A DNA stretch of 64,000 bases from Candidatus Calditenuis fumarioli (GTDB lineage Archaea > Thermoproteota > Nitrososphaeria_A > Caldarchaeales > Calditenuaceae). Positions within the stretch are counted from its first letter, which is position 1. Every line of letters starts with the position of its first letter. The stretch lies in NCBI GenBank assembly GCA_030059665.1, contig JANVYR010000002.1:352001-416000 (forward strand), read 5' to 3'. A model generated the notes under the pieces. It was not told where the DNA came from. It did no database searches and worked only from the letters and a program-made list of their open reading frames with translations. Positions 19,435 through 29,160 of this stretch are shown one piece after another. The position numbers and the translations under genes were made by a program.

Positions 19435-20759
19435 GCCTCACCCTTCGCCACGAGCTCGATGAAGCTCCAGAATTCGTCCGAGACGGTGCAGAGGGCGTGG
19501 AGCCTGACCCCCTCCGAGGCCAGAAGCTCCGAGGCACCCTCGTTCCTGTCCAGGACGACGAAGTAGTGCTCGATCGAGCCGCCGAGCTCCCGGATGGCCC
19601 TGACGCACGCCAGAGCCGTCGAGCCCGTGGTCGTGAGGTCGTCCACGCCAACGAACCTCTCGCCGGGCCTGACGACGCCCTCCACGCCCTTCCCGAGCCC
19701 GTGGTCCTTAGACCCCGACCTGTAGTAGACGAGGCCGGTCCTGAACCTGTCGGCCACGAGCGACGCTATGGGGATCCCTGCGGTCGCCGTGGTGGCGACC
19801 TTGAAGCCCCCGGTTCCCAGGACCCTCCTGATCCTCGAGACCATCGCCCGAACTACCCTTTCCCGGTTCGTCGGGTCCGAGTAGAGCGCCCTGATGTCGA
19901 AGTAGTAGTGAGAGAGCCTGCCGCTGGAGAGCCTGATCGGCTCGCTGGACCTCACCACGACACCCTCCGCCGACGCGAGGGCCCTCGCAGCGGTGTAGAA
20001 CTCCCTCATCGAACCGAGGGATTCGGCTACCTCCCTCGACGCCTCAGCGGGATCCGGTGCCGACGTGACGCTCCTGCCGTAGACCGGCAGAACCCTCTCG
20101 CCTCCGTACATCGACGCGACCCTCGGGTCCCCGCCCTGCGCCCCCAACCCCGGTATCATGATCACCGCCTCCTCGCCCGCCCTCCTCCTGACGCGCCTGA
20201 GGACTGAGCCGTCGTCGCCCCTGCCGAGACCCACCACGTAGCCCTCGACGCCAGCGGAAACGGAGAGCTCGAGCATCACCTCATAGAGGAAGCGGCCGTC
20301 CTCGGTTCTGGTCCTGTAGACCGCCGCTGAGGACTCGGAGGACGGATGGACGAGCGCGAATGCGTGAAGCCCGGCCGACCTCGCCTCCCTCATTACGTGA
20401 CCTGCGTTGCCGATGACCGGGTTGAAGGTGAACGCCTCGTACCCGAGCTCGCGGATTGTCCTGATCCCGGCAGAGACCGTGTGGTCGACGTCGTTGAGCT
20501 TGCAGTCGTAGATCGCCATCATCTCCCTGGACCTGATCTCCTCAGTCAGAGATCTGTGCGCGCCCTCCGGAAGGCCCCTGACGAAGTTCTCGTTCACCTT
20601 GACCGCGACCGCGTGGCGCCAGACCTTCCTCACCGCATCTATGCAGAAACCGTACCGGTCCTCGACTGTCCTGAACCTATCCGGTGGTGGGTCGAGCGCG
20701 ACGCAGAGCGGAGAACCCTTCCTCGCCAGGAGGTCGTCGTAGACCTCGTGAAGCCTCAT
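19431..20759 (-). CDS. Fused OMP decarboxylase (N-terminal) / orotate phosphoribosyltransferase (C-terminal)
   Basis: ALD, VKVN, DCKLNDVDHT and PGLGAQGG (OMPDC); LSSGRLSHYYFD, KDHG and DDLTTTGST (OPRT). Confidence 0.9.
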   Translation of the reverse strand: MRLHEVYDDLLARKGSPLCVALDPPPDRFRTVEDRYGFCIDAVRKVWRHAVAVKVNENFVRGLPEGAHRSLTEEIRSREMMAIYDCKLNDVDHTVSAGIRTIRELGYEAFTFNPVIGNAGHVMREARSAGLHAFALVHPSSESSAAVYRTRTEDGRFLYEVMLELSVSAGVEGYVVGLGRGDDGSVLRRVRRRAGEEAVIMIPGLGAQGGDPRVASMYGGERVLPVYGRSVTSAPDPAEASREVAESLGSMREFYTAARALASAEGVVVRSSEPIRLSSGRLSHYYFDIRALYSDPTNRERVVRAMVSRIRRVLGTGGFKVATTATAGIPIASLVADRFRTGLVYYRSGSKDHGLGKGVEGVVRPGERFVGVDDLTTTGSTALACVRAIRELGGSIEHYFVVLDRNEGASELLASEGVRLHALCTVSDEFWSFIELVAKGEA

Positions 20760-20839
20760 CCGATGGGCACCTTAGCAACGATCCAAAAAAGATGTGTGGG
20801 CGCGGAGGTGCGGCTGGAGATTGGCCCTGAACGGTCGTC

Positions 20840-21136
20840 TCAGACGCCGAGGACCTGGCGTATGATGGCCCTGTAGTCGACCTTCGCCACCTTCGATCCA
20901 GGAGCGGGCAGCTGGTAGATGATGGGAACGGTGACCGACCTCGCGAGCTCCGCGAGCCTCCTGGAGAACTCGGGACCGTACTCGTCGCTCACCAGCACGA
21001 GCCCCACGTCGCCCCTCCCGATCAGCGAGTTGACCGCCCTCATCGCCTCCTCCGGCGTCTCCGCGATGACCGCGCCAGCACCGGCCAGCTTCATCGCCGA
21101 GGTGAAGGCCCTCCCGCCTACAGCCACCACCCTCAT
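20840..21136 (-). CDS. atpF: A/V-type ATP synthase subunit F
   Basis: MRVVAVG...MKLAGAG...; 98 aa; PIIYQLP pattern of the ATP-synt_F family. Confidence 0.75.
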   Translation of the reverse strand: MRVVAVGGRAFTSAMKLAGAGAVIAETPEEAMRAVNSLIGRGDVGLVLVSDEYGPEFSRRLAELARSVTVPIIYQLPAPGSKVAKVDYRAIIRQVLGV

Positions 21137-22206
21137 CCCTTCCCCTCAACCCGCTCGCTCGCGGTTCTTGAGGCTTTTCTGTCCTCCGAGAGGACGTCGT
21201 AGAGCGGCGTCTTGACGGGCCTCTCCTCGATCAGGCCCCTAGGCCTGTAAAGCAGGAAGAGGACTATCAGCGCGCCGGTTACCGCGTAGCGGACGTAAGA
21301 GATGTCGAACGGCACGTGGATCCCGAAGAGCGCGAGGGTGCTGGCCTGGGAGAGGCGTTCTATGACCGACATCAGGAGGGCCCCCACCACGACGCCCAAG
21401 TTGTTGGCGACGCCGCCGACGATCACCATCGTCAGCACGAAGAAGGTCAGCGAGGGTATGAAGTCGTCCGGGAAGATCGCCTGCGAGTAGAACGTGTAGA
21501 GCGATCCCGCGATGCCCGCCAACCCGGATCCTATGAACAATACCCGGCCCCTAACGGCAGCGACGTCCTTGCCCAGCGAGTAGGCCGCGAGCTCGTCGTC
21601 CCTGACCGCCTTCATCACCCTCCCGAAGGGGGAGTTGGAGAGCCGCTCCACTAGGATCAGCACGAGGAGCGTGATCAGCGCCACCGTAACGAGGTAAGCA
21701 GCCGTGGTCGCCATGGGGTCCCGAAGGAAGACGAACGGGTTGGCTATGCCGGAGATCCCGAAGACCCCCCCGACGAGGGGCTCGTAGGTCCTGACGAAGA
21801 CCCTAGCGGCCTCGCCGAATATCAGGAGGGCTATCGAGAGGGTGGGGCCCTTCAGGGCCAGTGCGGGATAGCTCGCAAGGTATCCGAGGAGGCCCGCTAC
21901 GAGGCCGCTGGCAACCAGAGCAGCTGCGAAGAGGCCTAACGCGAGGGCCGGATCCGAGGCCGCGAGCTCAACCCTCCTAGCGGCGGAGACCGCCGACAGG
22001 GGGTCCTCTATCCCGAGGACGGCGTCGTACGTCCGTGTAACGAGGACCGCCGTCACGATGCCTCCCACGAAGTAGAACAGGACCTTTCCCAGGTTGGGTA
22101 TCCCCGTGTAACCGTACTCCAGGTTCGTGCTGAGGGCGAGAATAGCGTAGATCATCAGGTAGAAGAGGAAGCTCGTCGCGAGGACGAAACCGCCCTCCGG
22201 GATCAC
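21133..22206 (-). CDS. livM: Branched-chain amino acid ABC permease (LivM-like)
   Basis: NLEYGYTGIPNLG, SPFGRVMKAVRDDE and GGVANNLG motifs; start at GTG 22206. Confidence 0.88.
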   Translation of the reverse strand: MIPEGGFVLATSFLFYLMIYAILALSTNLEYGYTGIPNLGKVLFYFVGGIVTAVLVTRTYDAVLGIEDPLSAVSAARRVELAASDPALALGLFAAALVASGLVAGLLGYLASYPALALKGPTLSIALLIFGEAARVFVRTYEPLVGGVFGISGIANPFVFLRDPMATTAAYLVTVALITLLVLILVERLSNSPFGRVMKAVRDDELAAYSLGKDVAAVRGRVLFIGSGLAGIAGSLYTFYSQAIFPDDFIPSLTFFVLTMVIVGGVANNLGVVVGALLMSVIERLSQASTLALFGIHVPFDISYVRYAVTGALIVLFLLYRPRGLIEERPVKTPLYDVLSEDRKASRTASERVEGKG

Positions 22207-23102
22207 GCCTCGACCACCGCCCTGAGCCTCGTCCTGTTGCGGTACAGCAATGCGACCACGATGGCCAGGTACGGTATCAGGGGTTTGTATGCGGTCGGGA
22301 CCGACAGGCCCCTCGATAGGGCCCACATCCCAAGGTTCTCCGAGAAGCCGATGACGAAACCGCCGATCAGGGTGAGGGGGAAGCTGGTGAAGTTCCCGAT
22401 GATGGAGGCGCTGAAGACCCATAGAAGGAGCCTCCAGCCGGACTCGGGGTTGATGCTGGTGTAGTAGGCCCAGAGGGCTCCCGAGATGCCCGCGAAGAGC
22501 CCGACCAGGACCCGCGTGAACCTCCGTATCCTCCACACGGGTATGCCGGTGGAGACGGCCAGGTCCCTGTTGCTCGCTATCGCCCGCATCCCCTTACCGA
22601 TCTTGGTCCTGAGGGTGAGGTAGGTGAGGGCGGCCACGCTCGCCGAGAGGGAGGCGATCGCGATCAGGTGGAGGTTCGTGAGGGGCCTGTTACCGACGTA
22701 GACGATGGGGATTAGCCGGAAGCCCGACGAGAGGAAGAGGAGGTCCCTTACGTCGGCCGCGATCGAGAGCAGGTACCTGATCAAGAGCGTCAAGCCAATT
22801 GTGGCTATGAAGACCTGGAGCTCCGTGGCCCCTCTCCGCTCGAGGGGTTTGATGGCCAGCTCATCGGTCAGGAGCGTCAAGGCGGCACCGGAAAGCCCAG
22901 CGGCCAGCATCGACGTGATGGGGTCGAGGCCGCTCAGCGTCAGCAGCGCAGCCACGTAGCACCCAACCGTGATGTACTCGCCGATCGCGAAGTCCGCGTA
23001 CCTCAAAACAAGGTAGTTCAGGGTCAGGCCCGTGGCCGCGATGGCGTAAAGCGAAGAAGCGAGCAGCGATATCGGTATCTGCCCCAGCGCCTCCTCTATC
23101 AC
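22203..23102 (-). CDS. livH: Branched-chain amino acid ABC permease (LivH-like)
   Basis: GLTLNY...DFAIGE and TKIGKGMRAIASN motifs; operon position. Confidence 0.88.
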   Translation of the reverse strand: MIEEALGQIPISLLASSLYAIAATGLTLNYLVLRYADFAIGEYITVGCYVAALLTLSGLDPITSMLAAGLSGAALTLLTDELAIKPLERRGATELQVFIATIGLTLLIRYLLSIAADVRDLLFLSSGFRLIPIVYVGNRPLTNLHLIAIASLSASVAALTYLTLRTKIGKGMRAIASNRDLAVSTGIPVWRIRRFTRVLVGLFAGISGALWAYYTSINPESGWRLLLWVFSASIIGNFTSFPLTLIGGFVIGFSENLGMWALSRGLSVPTAYKPLIPYLAIVVALLYRNRTRLRAVVEA

Positions 23103-23132
23103 GGGATCCGTAACGCTGAGCTGCAGATAATT

Positions 23133-23846
23133 CTAACGTTGCGAAGTCTGGAAGAAAACGGAACGTAGGTCTGCCCTCGAGATTTCGGGGCTCGGGCCGC
23201 TCAGGGCTATTCTGCCTCCCACCATGACCACCGTCCGGTCGGAGTGTTTGAGCGCCTTCACCGCGTGCTGCTCGATCAGGACGATCGTCAGCCCCATCGC
23301 CCTCATCGCATCGATCTTCTGGTAGACCCGCTCGACGAGCTTTGGCGCGAGACCCGCTGAGGGCTCATCGAGGATCACGAGCTTCGGCGACATCATGAGG
23401 AGCCTGGCCATGGCGACCATCTGGCGCTCGCCGCCGCTCATCGTGCCGGCCCTCTGGGAGAGGCGCCCCCTGATCTCCGGGAACAGCTCCAGCACCTCCT
23501 TCATCCTCACCTGAAGCTCGTGACGCCCGAGGTGGTAGCCGCCCATCTCCAGGTTCTCCTGCACCGTCAGGTCCGGGAAGACGTTTCTAGTCTGGGGGAG
23601 GTAGCCGATCCCCAGCAGGGCCCTGCGCTCCGGCGGCAGCCCGGTGACCTCGATGCCGTCGAACCTGATGGACCCAGAGAAGAGGGTCGTGAGGCCGACG
23701 ACGGTCTTGGCAAGGGTGCTCTTGCCCGATCCGTTGGGGCCGATGACCGCCAGCGTCTCCCCCTTCTCCACCCTCAGGTCCACGTCCCTGATGATCGGTA
23801 TCTTGCCGTAGCCCGCGACCACCCCGGAGACCTCGAGGACGCTCAA
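23133..23846 (-). CDS. livF: Branched-chain amino acid ABC ATPase (LivF-like)
   Basis: GPNGSGKS, AGTMSGGERQM and DEPSAGLAP motifs. Confidence 0.92.
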   Translation of the reverse strand: MSVLEVSGVVAGYGKIPIIRDVDLRVEKGETLAVIGPNGSGKSTLAKTVVGLTTLFSGSIRFDGIEVTGLPPERRALLGIGYLPQTRNVFPDLTVQENLEMGGYHLGRHELQVRMKEVLELFPEIRGRLSQRAGTMSGGERQMVAMARLLMMSPKLVILDEPSAGLAPKLVERVYQKIDAMRAMGLTIVLIEQHAVKALKHSDRTVVMVGGRIALSGPSPEISRADLRSVFFQTSQR

Positions 23847-24604
23847 CCCACCTCACCACCCAGGTACGCCTCAACTACCCTTCTGTCCTTGGTCACTCCG
23901 TCAGGGTCACCGTCGTAGATCAGGCGGCCTTCATGCATGACCATCACCCGCTGGACGTATTCGAAGAGGATGTCGAGCCGGTGCTCGATGACGATGAAGG
24001 TGGTTCCCAGCTCCCGGTTGATCCTGACCAGCGTGCTGAATATGTCGTGCGCCAGAGGCACCGCCACTCCAGCCGCAGGCTCGTCGAGCAACACCAGCTT
24101 ACCGCCTCCCATGATGGCCCTGCCGATCTCGGTCAGCTTCATCTGACCTCCCGAGACCTCCGAGCCCCAGCTCCTGGACACCTGGGAGAGCTTCAGGAAC
24201 CCCAGCAGATCTCTGACCTTGCCCGCGAGCTCCAGCTCCTGCCCGACCCAGAGCCTCCGGAAGGGCGCTACGTGCGGCCTCTCCCCCCTCTGACCCTTGG
24301 CGGCCAGCATCAGGTTCTCCGCCACCGTGACCCTGTCGAAGGTCCTCGGGATCTGGAAGCTCCTGACGATGCCCTTCCGGTAGATTTCGTGCGGCGGCAG
24401 GCCGTCGATCCGCTCGTCCTCGAAGAGGATTTCGCCCGCGTCGGGCCTCAGGACACCGGAGATGAGGTTGAACAGCGTCGTCTTGCCGGAACCGTTCGGT
24501 CCTATGAGACCGACTACCTCGCCGCGCCGGACGGAAAAAGAGACGTCGTTTACCGCGACCAGTCCCCCGAACCTCTTCGTCAGCCCCCTGACCTCGAGGG
24601 ACAA
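23843..24604 (-). CDS. livG: Branched-chain amino acid ABC ATPase (LivG-like)
   Basis: FGGLVAV, GPNGSGKTT, RSFQ and LLDEPAAG motifs; ends AYLG. Confidence 0.92.
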   Translation of the reverse strand: MSLEVRGLTKRFGGLVAVNDVSFSVRRGEVVGLIGPNGSGKTTLFNLISGVLRPDAGEILFEDERIDGLPPHEIYRKGIVRSFQIPRTFDRVTVAENLMLAAKGQRGERPHVAPFRRLWVGQELELAGKVRDLLGFLKLSQVSRSWGSEVSGGQMKLTEIGRAIMGGGKLVLLDEPAAGVAVPLAHDIFSTLVRINRELGTTFIVIEHRLDILFEYVQRVMVMHEGRLIYDGDPDGVTKDRRVVEAYLGGEVG

Positions 24605-24609
24605 GGACG

Positions 24610-25986
24610 CTAACCCGTCAGCTCGATTACCTCTGCCGGGTACCTCCAGACGCCTATGTCCGCGAAGGCGTACTTGCCTCCCACCTGTCTGTACTGCCAG
24701 ATGACGTAGTCGGATCCCCTCGCGTCGCCGAACTGGTCGAAGGCCTTGTAACCCGTAACGCCGACGAACCGCTCCGCTACCACGGGCAGCGCTGCCCTTA
24801 TCGCCTCACCGTCGTACTTGCCTGCATAGAGTATGGCCATCGCCGCAAGCCAGACGGCGTCGTAGGTGAAGTAAGCGTAGGGCGAGGGGTCGCGGCCGAA
24901 CTTGGCCCTGTAATCCTGCTCGAACTTCGTCACCAGCGGTCCTCCCCTCGGCGAGGCGAAGACGCCGGTGAGCTTCACCTGCCTCAGGAACTCGGCGATC
25001 TCGGGCGTGGCTTTCCCGTCTGGCGCCGGAAGGTACGCGGCCGGCCTCCTGAGCGTCTCCGACCCGAACCACCTGACGCCAGCGAGCGTTCTGTCGAGCC
25101 TTGCGTGACCCAGTATGTTGAGGCCGTCGTCCTCGAATGCGATGATCAGCACGGCCGTGTCAGCTCCTCCGCCGAGCTCGGAGACGATGGAGCTGAGCTG
25201 GGAGACCTCGGAGGCGTAGTCCGGCTGACCGACGGTGTACAGGAGCTTCCTTACGGTTCCTCCGAACCTGTTGACGAAGGCCTTCTCGAAGGCGTCGGCG
25301 AGGCCCTTTCCGTAGTCGTCGTTCCTCGCTATGACGGCCACCTTCTTGATCCCCTCCTTGGCCATGAGCTGGGCCAGCACGTTCCCCTGGAAGAGGTCCG
25401 TCGGGACCACCCTGAAGACGTAGTCGTCAGCGGCCAGCGCCGGGCTCGTGGAGGAAGGACTGATGATCACGACCTTGTTGGTATTCGCGAAGTCCATCAC
25501 CCCCCTGACCTCGCCCGATGAGAAGGGACCCACGATGACCCTGATGCCAGCGGCGTACATTGACTGAACGACCTTCAGCGCGTCGGCTGCGGTCCCCTTC
25601 GTGTCGTCGTGGACGAACTTGAACCTGACCGGAGACCCGATTGACTGGAGGTAGGCGTTGATGTGCTCGATCGCGAGCACGCCGCCATCCCTCCTCACGG
25701 GACCGTCCACCGCGTAGGGGCCGCTCACGGCCATCGCGAATCCTATCGTGTACTCGATCGCGGAGGGCGCTGCTGTGACCGTGACTACTTGTGTGACCAG
25801 CTGGGTCTGGACGGCCGTTACGGTCCTGACAACGGTCGCGCCTCCGACCTCACGGGTAACGGTAACCGTCGAGGCGGCTGGAGAGGTAGTTGCGACGTAT
25901 CCCAGGAGCGCCGCGAGAACGAGGATGACCACGATCAGACCTGCGACCAGCGGCGTTATCCTTCCCGACCTAGAGGTCTTTCCCAT
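24610..25986 (-). CDS. livK: Branched-chain amino acid ABC substrate-binding protein (membrane anchor plus Thr/Val-rich linker)
   Basis: N-terminal TM, TVTVT linker, GPFSSG, SPSSTSPAL, FRVVPTD and YTYDA-like motifs. Confidence 0.85.
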   Translation of the reverse strand: MGKTSRSGRITPLVAGLIVVILVLAALLGYVATTSPAASTVTVTREVGGATVVRTVTAVQTQLVTQVVTVTAAPSAIEYTIGFAMAVSGPYAVDGPVRRDGGVLAIEHINAYLQSIGSPVRFKFVHDDTKGTAADALKVVQSMYAAGIRVIVGPFSSGEVRGVMDFANTNKVVIISPSSTSPALAADDYVFRVVPTDLFQGNVLAQLMAKEGIKKVAVIARNDDYGKGLADAFEKAFVNRFGGTVRKLLYTVGQPDYASEVSQLSSIVSELGGGADTAVLIIAFEDDGLNILGHARLDRTLAGVRWFGSETLRRPAAYLPAPDGKATPEIAEFLRQVKLTGVFASPRGGPLVTKFEQDYRAKFGRDPSPYAYFTYDAVWLAAMAILYAGKYDGEAIRAALPVVAERFVGVTGYKAFDQFGDARGSDYVIWQYRQVGGKYAFADIGVWRYPAEVIELTG

Positions 25987-26093
25987 CGCGATCGGTAATG
26001 GTGCGATGCCCGTTATAAAAGTTCCATGAGAAACTTGATGACAGCCGTTACTACAACAAACCCTAAAATCACTTAGGCTGCTTTGAGCACTCC

Positions 26094-26813
26094 GTGGGCG
26101 TCGGGAGGAGGCTGGAGGCAAGCGAGCTGGCTGCGAGGATAGACCACACCAACCTGAACCCGGACGCGACGGTGAGGGACATCGAGCGGCTCTGCGCCGA
26201 GGCGAGGGATCACGGCTTCAGGGCGGTCGTGGTGAACCCGATCTGGGTGCCTCACGCGGTCAAATTCCTGAAGGGGACGGAGATCAGGGTCTGTGCAACA
26301 ATCAACGTCCCGATGGGAGGGTCCACGACGCTGGCCAAGGTCGTGGAGATCAGGAACCTGAAGGCGATGGGGTGCGACGAGGTCGACTTCATGGTGAACG
26401 TCGGCTACCTGAAGTCGGGGATGCTCGAGGAGTTCAGGCGGGACGTCGAGGAGCAGGTGCGAGCGGCCGAAGGGATGGTGACCAAGGCCATCCTCGAGAC
26501 CGCGGTGTTGACCGAGCAGGAGGTGGTACTGGGGGCCAGGCTCTGCGAGGAGGCCGGTGTTGACTACGTCAAGAACTCCACCGGATGGGGGAAGGGCGGG
26601 CCTGCAACGGTCGAGATCATCAGGCTCCTCCGCAGCTCCGTCAGCCCGAAGGTCCGGGTCAAGGCGTCAGGAGGGATAAGGGACGCGGCCACCGCGCTGG
26701 CGCTGATCGAGGCCGGCGCCGACCTGATAGGCACGAGCAGGGGCGTTGAAATCGTCAAGGGACTCGCTTCGATGACCGCAGAGCGGAACGCCTCAAGCGC
26801 TCGCCCCAAATGA
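26094..26813 (+). CDS. deoC: Deoxyribose-phosphate aldolase
   Basis: IDHTNL, DEVDFM, KAILET, VKNSTG, VKASGGIR and IGTS motifs. Confidence 0.93.
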   Translation: MGVGRRLEASELAARIDHTNLNPDATVRDIERLCAEARDHGFRAVVVNPIWVPHAVKFLKGTEIRVCATINVPMGGSTTLAKVVEIRNLKAMGCDEVDFMVNVGYLKSGMLEEFRRDVEEQVRAAEGMVTKAILETAVLTEQEVVLGARLCEEAGVDYVKNSTGWGKGGPATVEIIRLLRSSVSPKVRVKASGGIRDAATALALIEAGADLIGTSRGVEIVKGLASMTAERNASSARPK

Positions 26814-26895
26814 CCAGGGCCCGCAGACCGTCCACCTGACCGCTGGTCCTCGCGTCCTTTCCCTCGAGGAAAAGCCCATAAGCGCCGGCGGCTCT

Positions 26896-28485
26896 GTGAG
26901 CGCGATGCCGTCCCCGGGACAGAAGGTGACCTACGTCACCCTCTTCGCCGACCCGAGCATCCACCCGAAGTACGAGGAGGCCCTCCAGCGCGTCAGGGAT
27001 GAGTACCTCGGCAGGAGCTACCCGATGCACATAGGGGAGAGGGAGGTCAGGACCGGCGAGGAGTTCGAGGACAGGAGCCCCATAGACACGTCGGTCCTGG
27101 TGGCGAGGTTCCAGAAGGCGAGGCGCGAGCACGTCCGGCAGGCCATCGAGGAGGCGAACAGGGCCTTCGAGGAGTGGTCGGGAATGGACTGGAGGGAGAG
27201 GGTGAAGGTGATGGAGCGCGCGGCCCAGCTGATCGACGAGAGGAAGTTCGAGATCGCCGCTGTGATAACGTACGAGGTGGGGAAGAACAGGCTGGAGGCC
27301 CTCGCCGAGTGCTGGGAGGCGATCGACGCCATCAGGTACTACTGCAGGGTCATGCAGGAGAACAACGGGTACGAGAAGGAGATGGGCCCGGGAGGGCCCG
27401 GGGAGAGGTGCAAGATGGTGGCGAAGCCCTACGGCGCCTGGGTCGTGATATCGCCCTTCAACTTCCCCTTCATGCTCGCGAACGGCATGATCCAGGGAGC
27501 CCTAATCACTGGCAACACGGTCGTCTTCAAGCCCACCAGCGAGGCCCCCCTTGCGGGCTACATGCTGTACAGGGTCTTCAGGGACGCCGGCGTGCCTCCG
27601 GGAGCGATCAACTTCCTCACCGGACCCGGAGACCTCTTCGAGGAGGAGGTCACCACCAACCCCGGGGTCGCGGGCATCGCCTTCACCGGATCGAGGGACG
27701 TGGGCATGAGGCTCTACCGGAGGTTCCTCACATCCCAGCCATACCCGAAGCCCGTCGTGCTCGAGATGGGGAGCAAGAACCCGACGATCGTGACGGAGAA
27801 GGCCGACATCGGCAAGGCGGTCACCGGCGTGATCAGGGCGGCGTTCGGCTACGGAGGGCAGAAGTGCTCCGCCACGTCGAGGCTCTACGTTCAGGAGACG
27901 ATCTACGAGAGCTTCGTCGACCAGCTCGTCCGCGAGACGTCCAAGCTGAAGATCGGCGACCCGAGGGAGCGCGACGTCTTCATGGGTCCCGTGATAAACC
28001 GGAGGGCCTTCGAGAACTTCAAAAGGTACGTGGCCGAGGCCAAGGAGGCCGGAGGCCAGGTCCTTTACGGCGGCGAGGTCCTCTCCGGAGAACCGTTCGA
28101 CAGGGGCTTCTACGTCCAGCCCACGATAATCGCCGACCTGCCCCACGACCACAGGCTCTGGAAGGAGGAGCTCTTCCTACCGATACTGCTCGTCGCCAAG
28201 TTCAGGACGCTCGAGGAGGCCCTCAGGATGGCCAACGACACGGACTACGGGCTGACCGCGGGGATCTTCTCGGAGGACCCGAAGGAGGTCGAGTACTTCT
28301 TCAGGAAGATCCAGTTCGGCGTCTGCTACGCCAACAGGAGGGGAGGCGCGACGACAGGTGCGTGGCCCGGGGCCCAGACCTTCGTGGGCTGGAAGGCGAG
28401 CGGCGCGACCGGAAAGGGCGTGGGAGGCCCGCACTACCTCCTGACGTTCCTGAGGGAGCAGGCCCAGACCGTCGTGGTCGAGTGA
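26896..28485 (+). CDS. Aldehyde dehydrogenase, 1-pyrroline-5-carboxylate dehydrogenase-like
   Basis: ISPFNFP, FTGS, LEMGSKN, AFGYGGQKCSA, EELFLP and YGLTAG motifs. Start may be ATG 26905. Confidence 0.85.
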   Translation: MSAMPSPGQKVTYVTLFADPSIHPKYEEALQRVRDEYLGRSYPMHIGEREVRTGEEFEDRSPIDTSVLVARFQKARREHVRQAIEEANRAFEEWSGMDWRERVKVMERAAQLIDERKFEIAAVITYEVGKNRLEALAECWEAIDAIRYYCRVMQENNGYEKEMGPGGPGERCKMVAKPYGAWVVISPFNFPFMLANGMIQGALITGNTVVFKPTSEAPLAGYMLYRVFRDAGVPPGAINFLTGPGDLFEEEVTTNPGVAGIAFTGSRDVGMRLYRRFLTSQPYPKPVVLEMGSKNPTIVTEKADIGKAVTGVIRAAFGYGGQKCSATSRLYVQETIYESFVDQLVRETSKLKIGDPRERDVFMGPVINRRAFENFKRYVAEAKEAGGQVLYGGEVLSGEPFDRGFYVQPTIIADLPHDHRLWKEELFLPILLVAKFRTLEEALRMANDTDYGLTAGIFSEDPKEVEYFFRKIQFGVCYANRRGGATTGAWPGAQTFVGWKASGATGKGVGGPHYLLTFLREQAQTVVVE

Positions 28486-28542
28486 GCGGAGCCTTCTACG
28501 CGACCCCGCGACGTCTCGTTCTAATTCTTCGTCACGCGACGG

Positions 28543-29160
28543 ATGAGCGGGATGGGGAAGCGCGAGACCGAGCGGATGCTGTTGATGAAGCTGGCCGAAC
28601 CGGTGGTGGGGTTCGCGGTGAGGAAAGGGCTGTCGCCCTTCGCTCTCACCTACTCGGCGTTCGCGCTGGCTCTGGTCGCGGCCGCCCTCTACGGCCTCAA
28701 CGGTTTCTCCGCTTTCCTCGTTCCGCTCGCGGGAACGGTCTACTTGGTCTCGGCGTTCCTCGACGCGATCGACGGCGAGGTCGCGAGGAGGCAGGGGAGG
28801 GCGAGCGAAAGGGGGGCATTCCTCGACTCGGTCCTGGACAAGGCGTCCGAGGTAGCCGTCTCGGTGGGGCTGGCGTTCGCGGTGGAGCCGCTCGCGGCGA
28901 TCCTCTTCGCCTCCGGTTCGCTGCTGGTCAGCTACGCTAGGGCCAGGGCCGAGGCGCTCGGGGTCGAGCTGGCGGGCGTCGGCATAGCCGAGAGGGCCGA
29001 GCGGACCATCATCCTCTTCGTCGGCTCCCTGATGCGTCCCGTGCTCGGTGCTGAGGCCCTGCTGGCTGCGCTTTTGCTGGCGGCCCTCCTCTCGTTCCTC
29101 ACGGTAGCCCAGAGGGTTCTCGTGACGGTCAGACGCCTCAGCGCCTCCTCCCCTCCCTGA
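28543..29160 (+). CDS. CDP-alcohol phosphatidyltransferase (archaetidylinositol phosphate synthase-like)
   Basis: DAIDGEVARRQG...GAFLDSVLD signature; SYARARAE. Confidence 0.9.
   Translation: MSGMGKRETERMLLMKLAEPVVGFAVRKGLSPFALTYSAFALALVAAALYGLNGFSAFLVPLAGTVYLVSAFLDAIDGEVARRQGRASERGAFLDSVLDKASEVAVSVGLAFAVEPLAAILFASGSLLVSYARARAEALGVELAGVGIAERAERTIILFVGSLMRPVLGAEALLAALLLAALLSFLTVAQRVLVTVRRLSASSPP

Noticed and set aside
26810-26850. Possible C/D-box sRNA or hairpin after deoC
   Set aside because: The box motifs are poor; more likely an ordinary intergenic hairpin.
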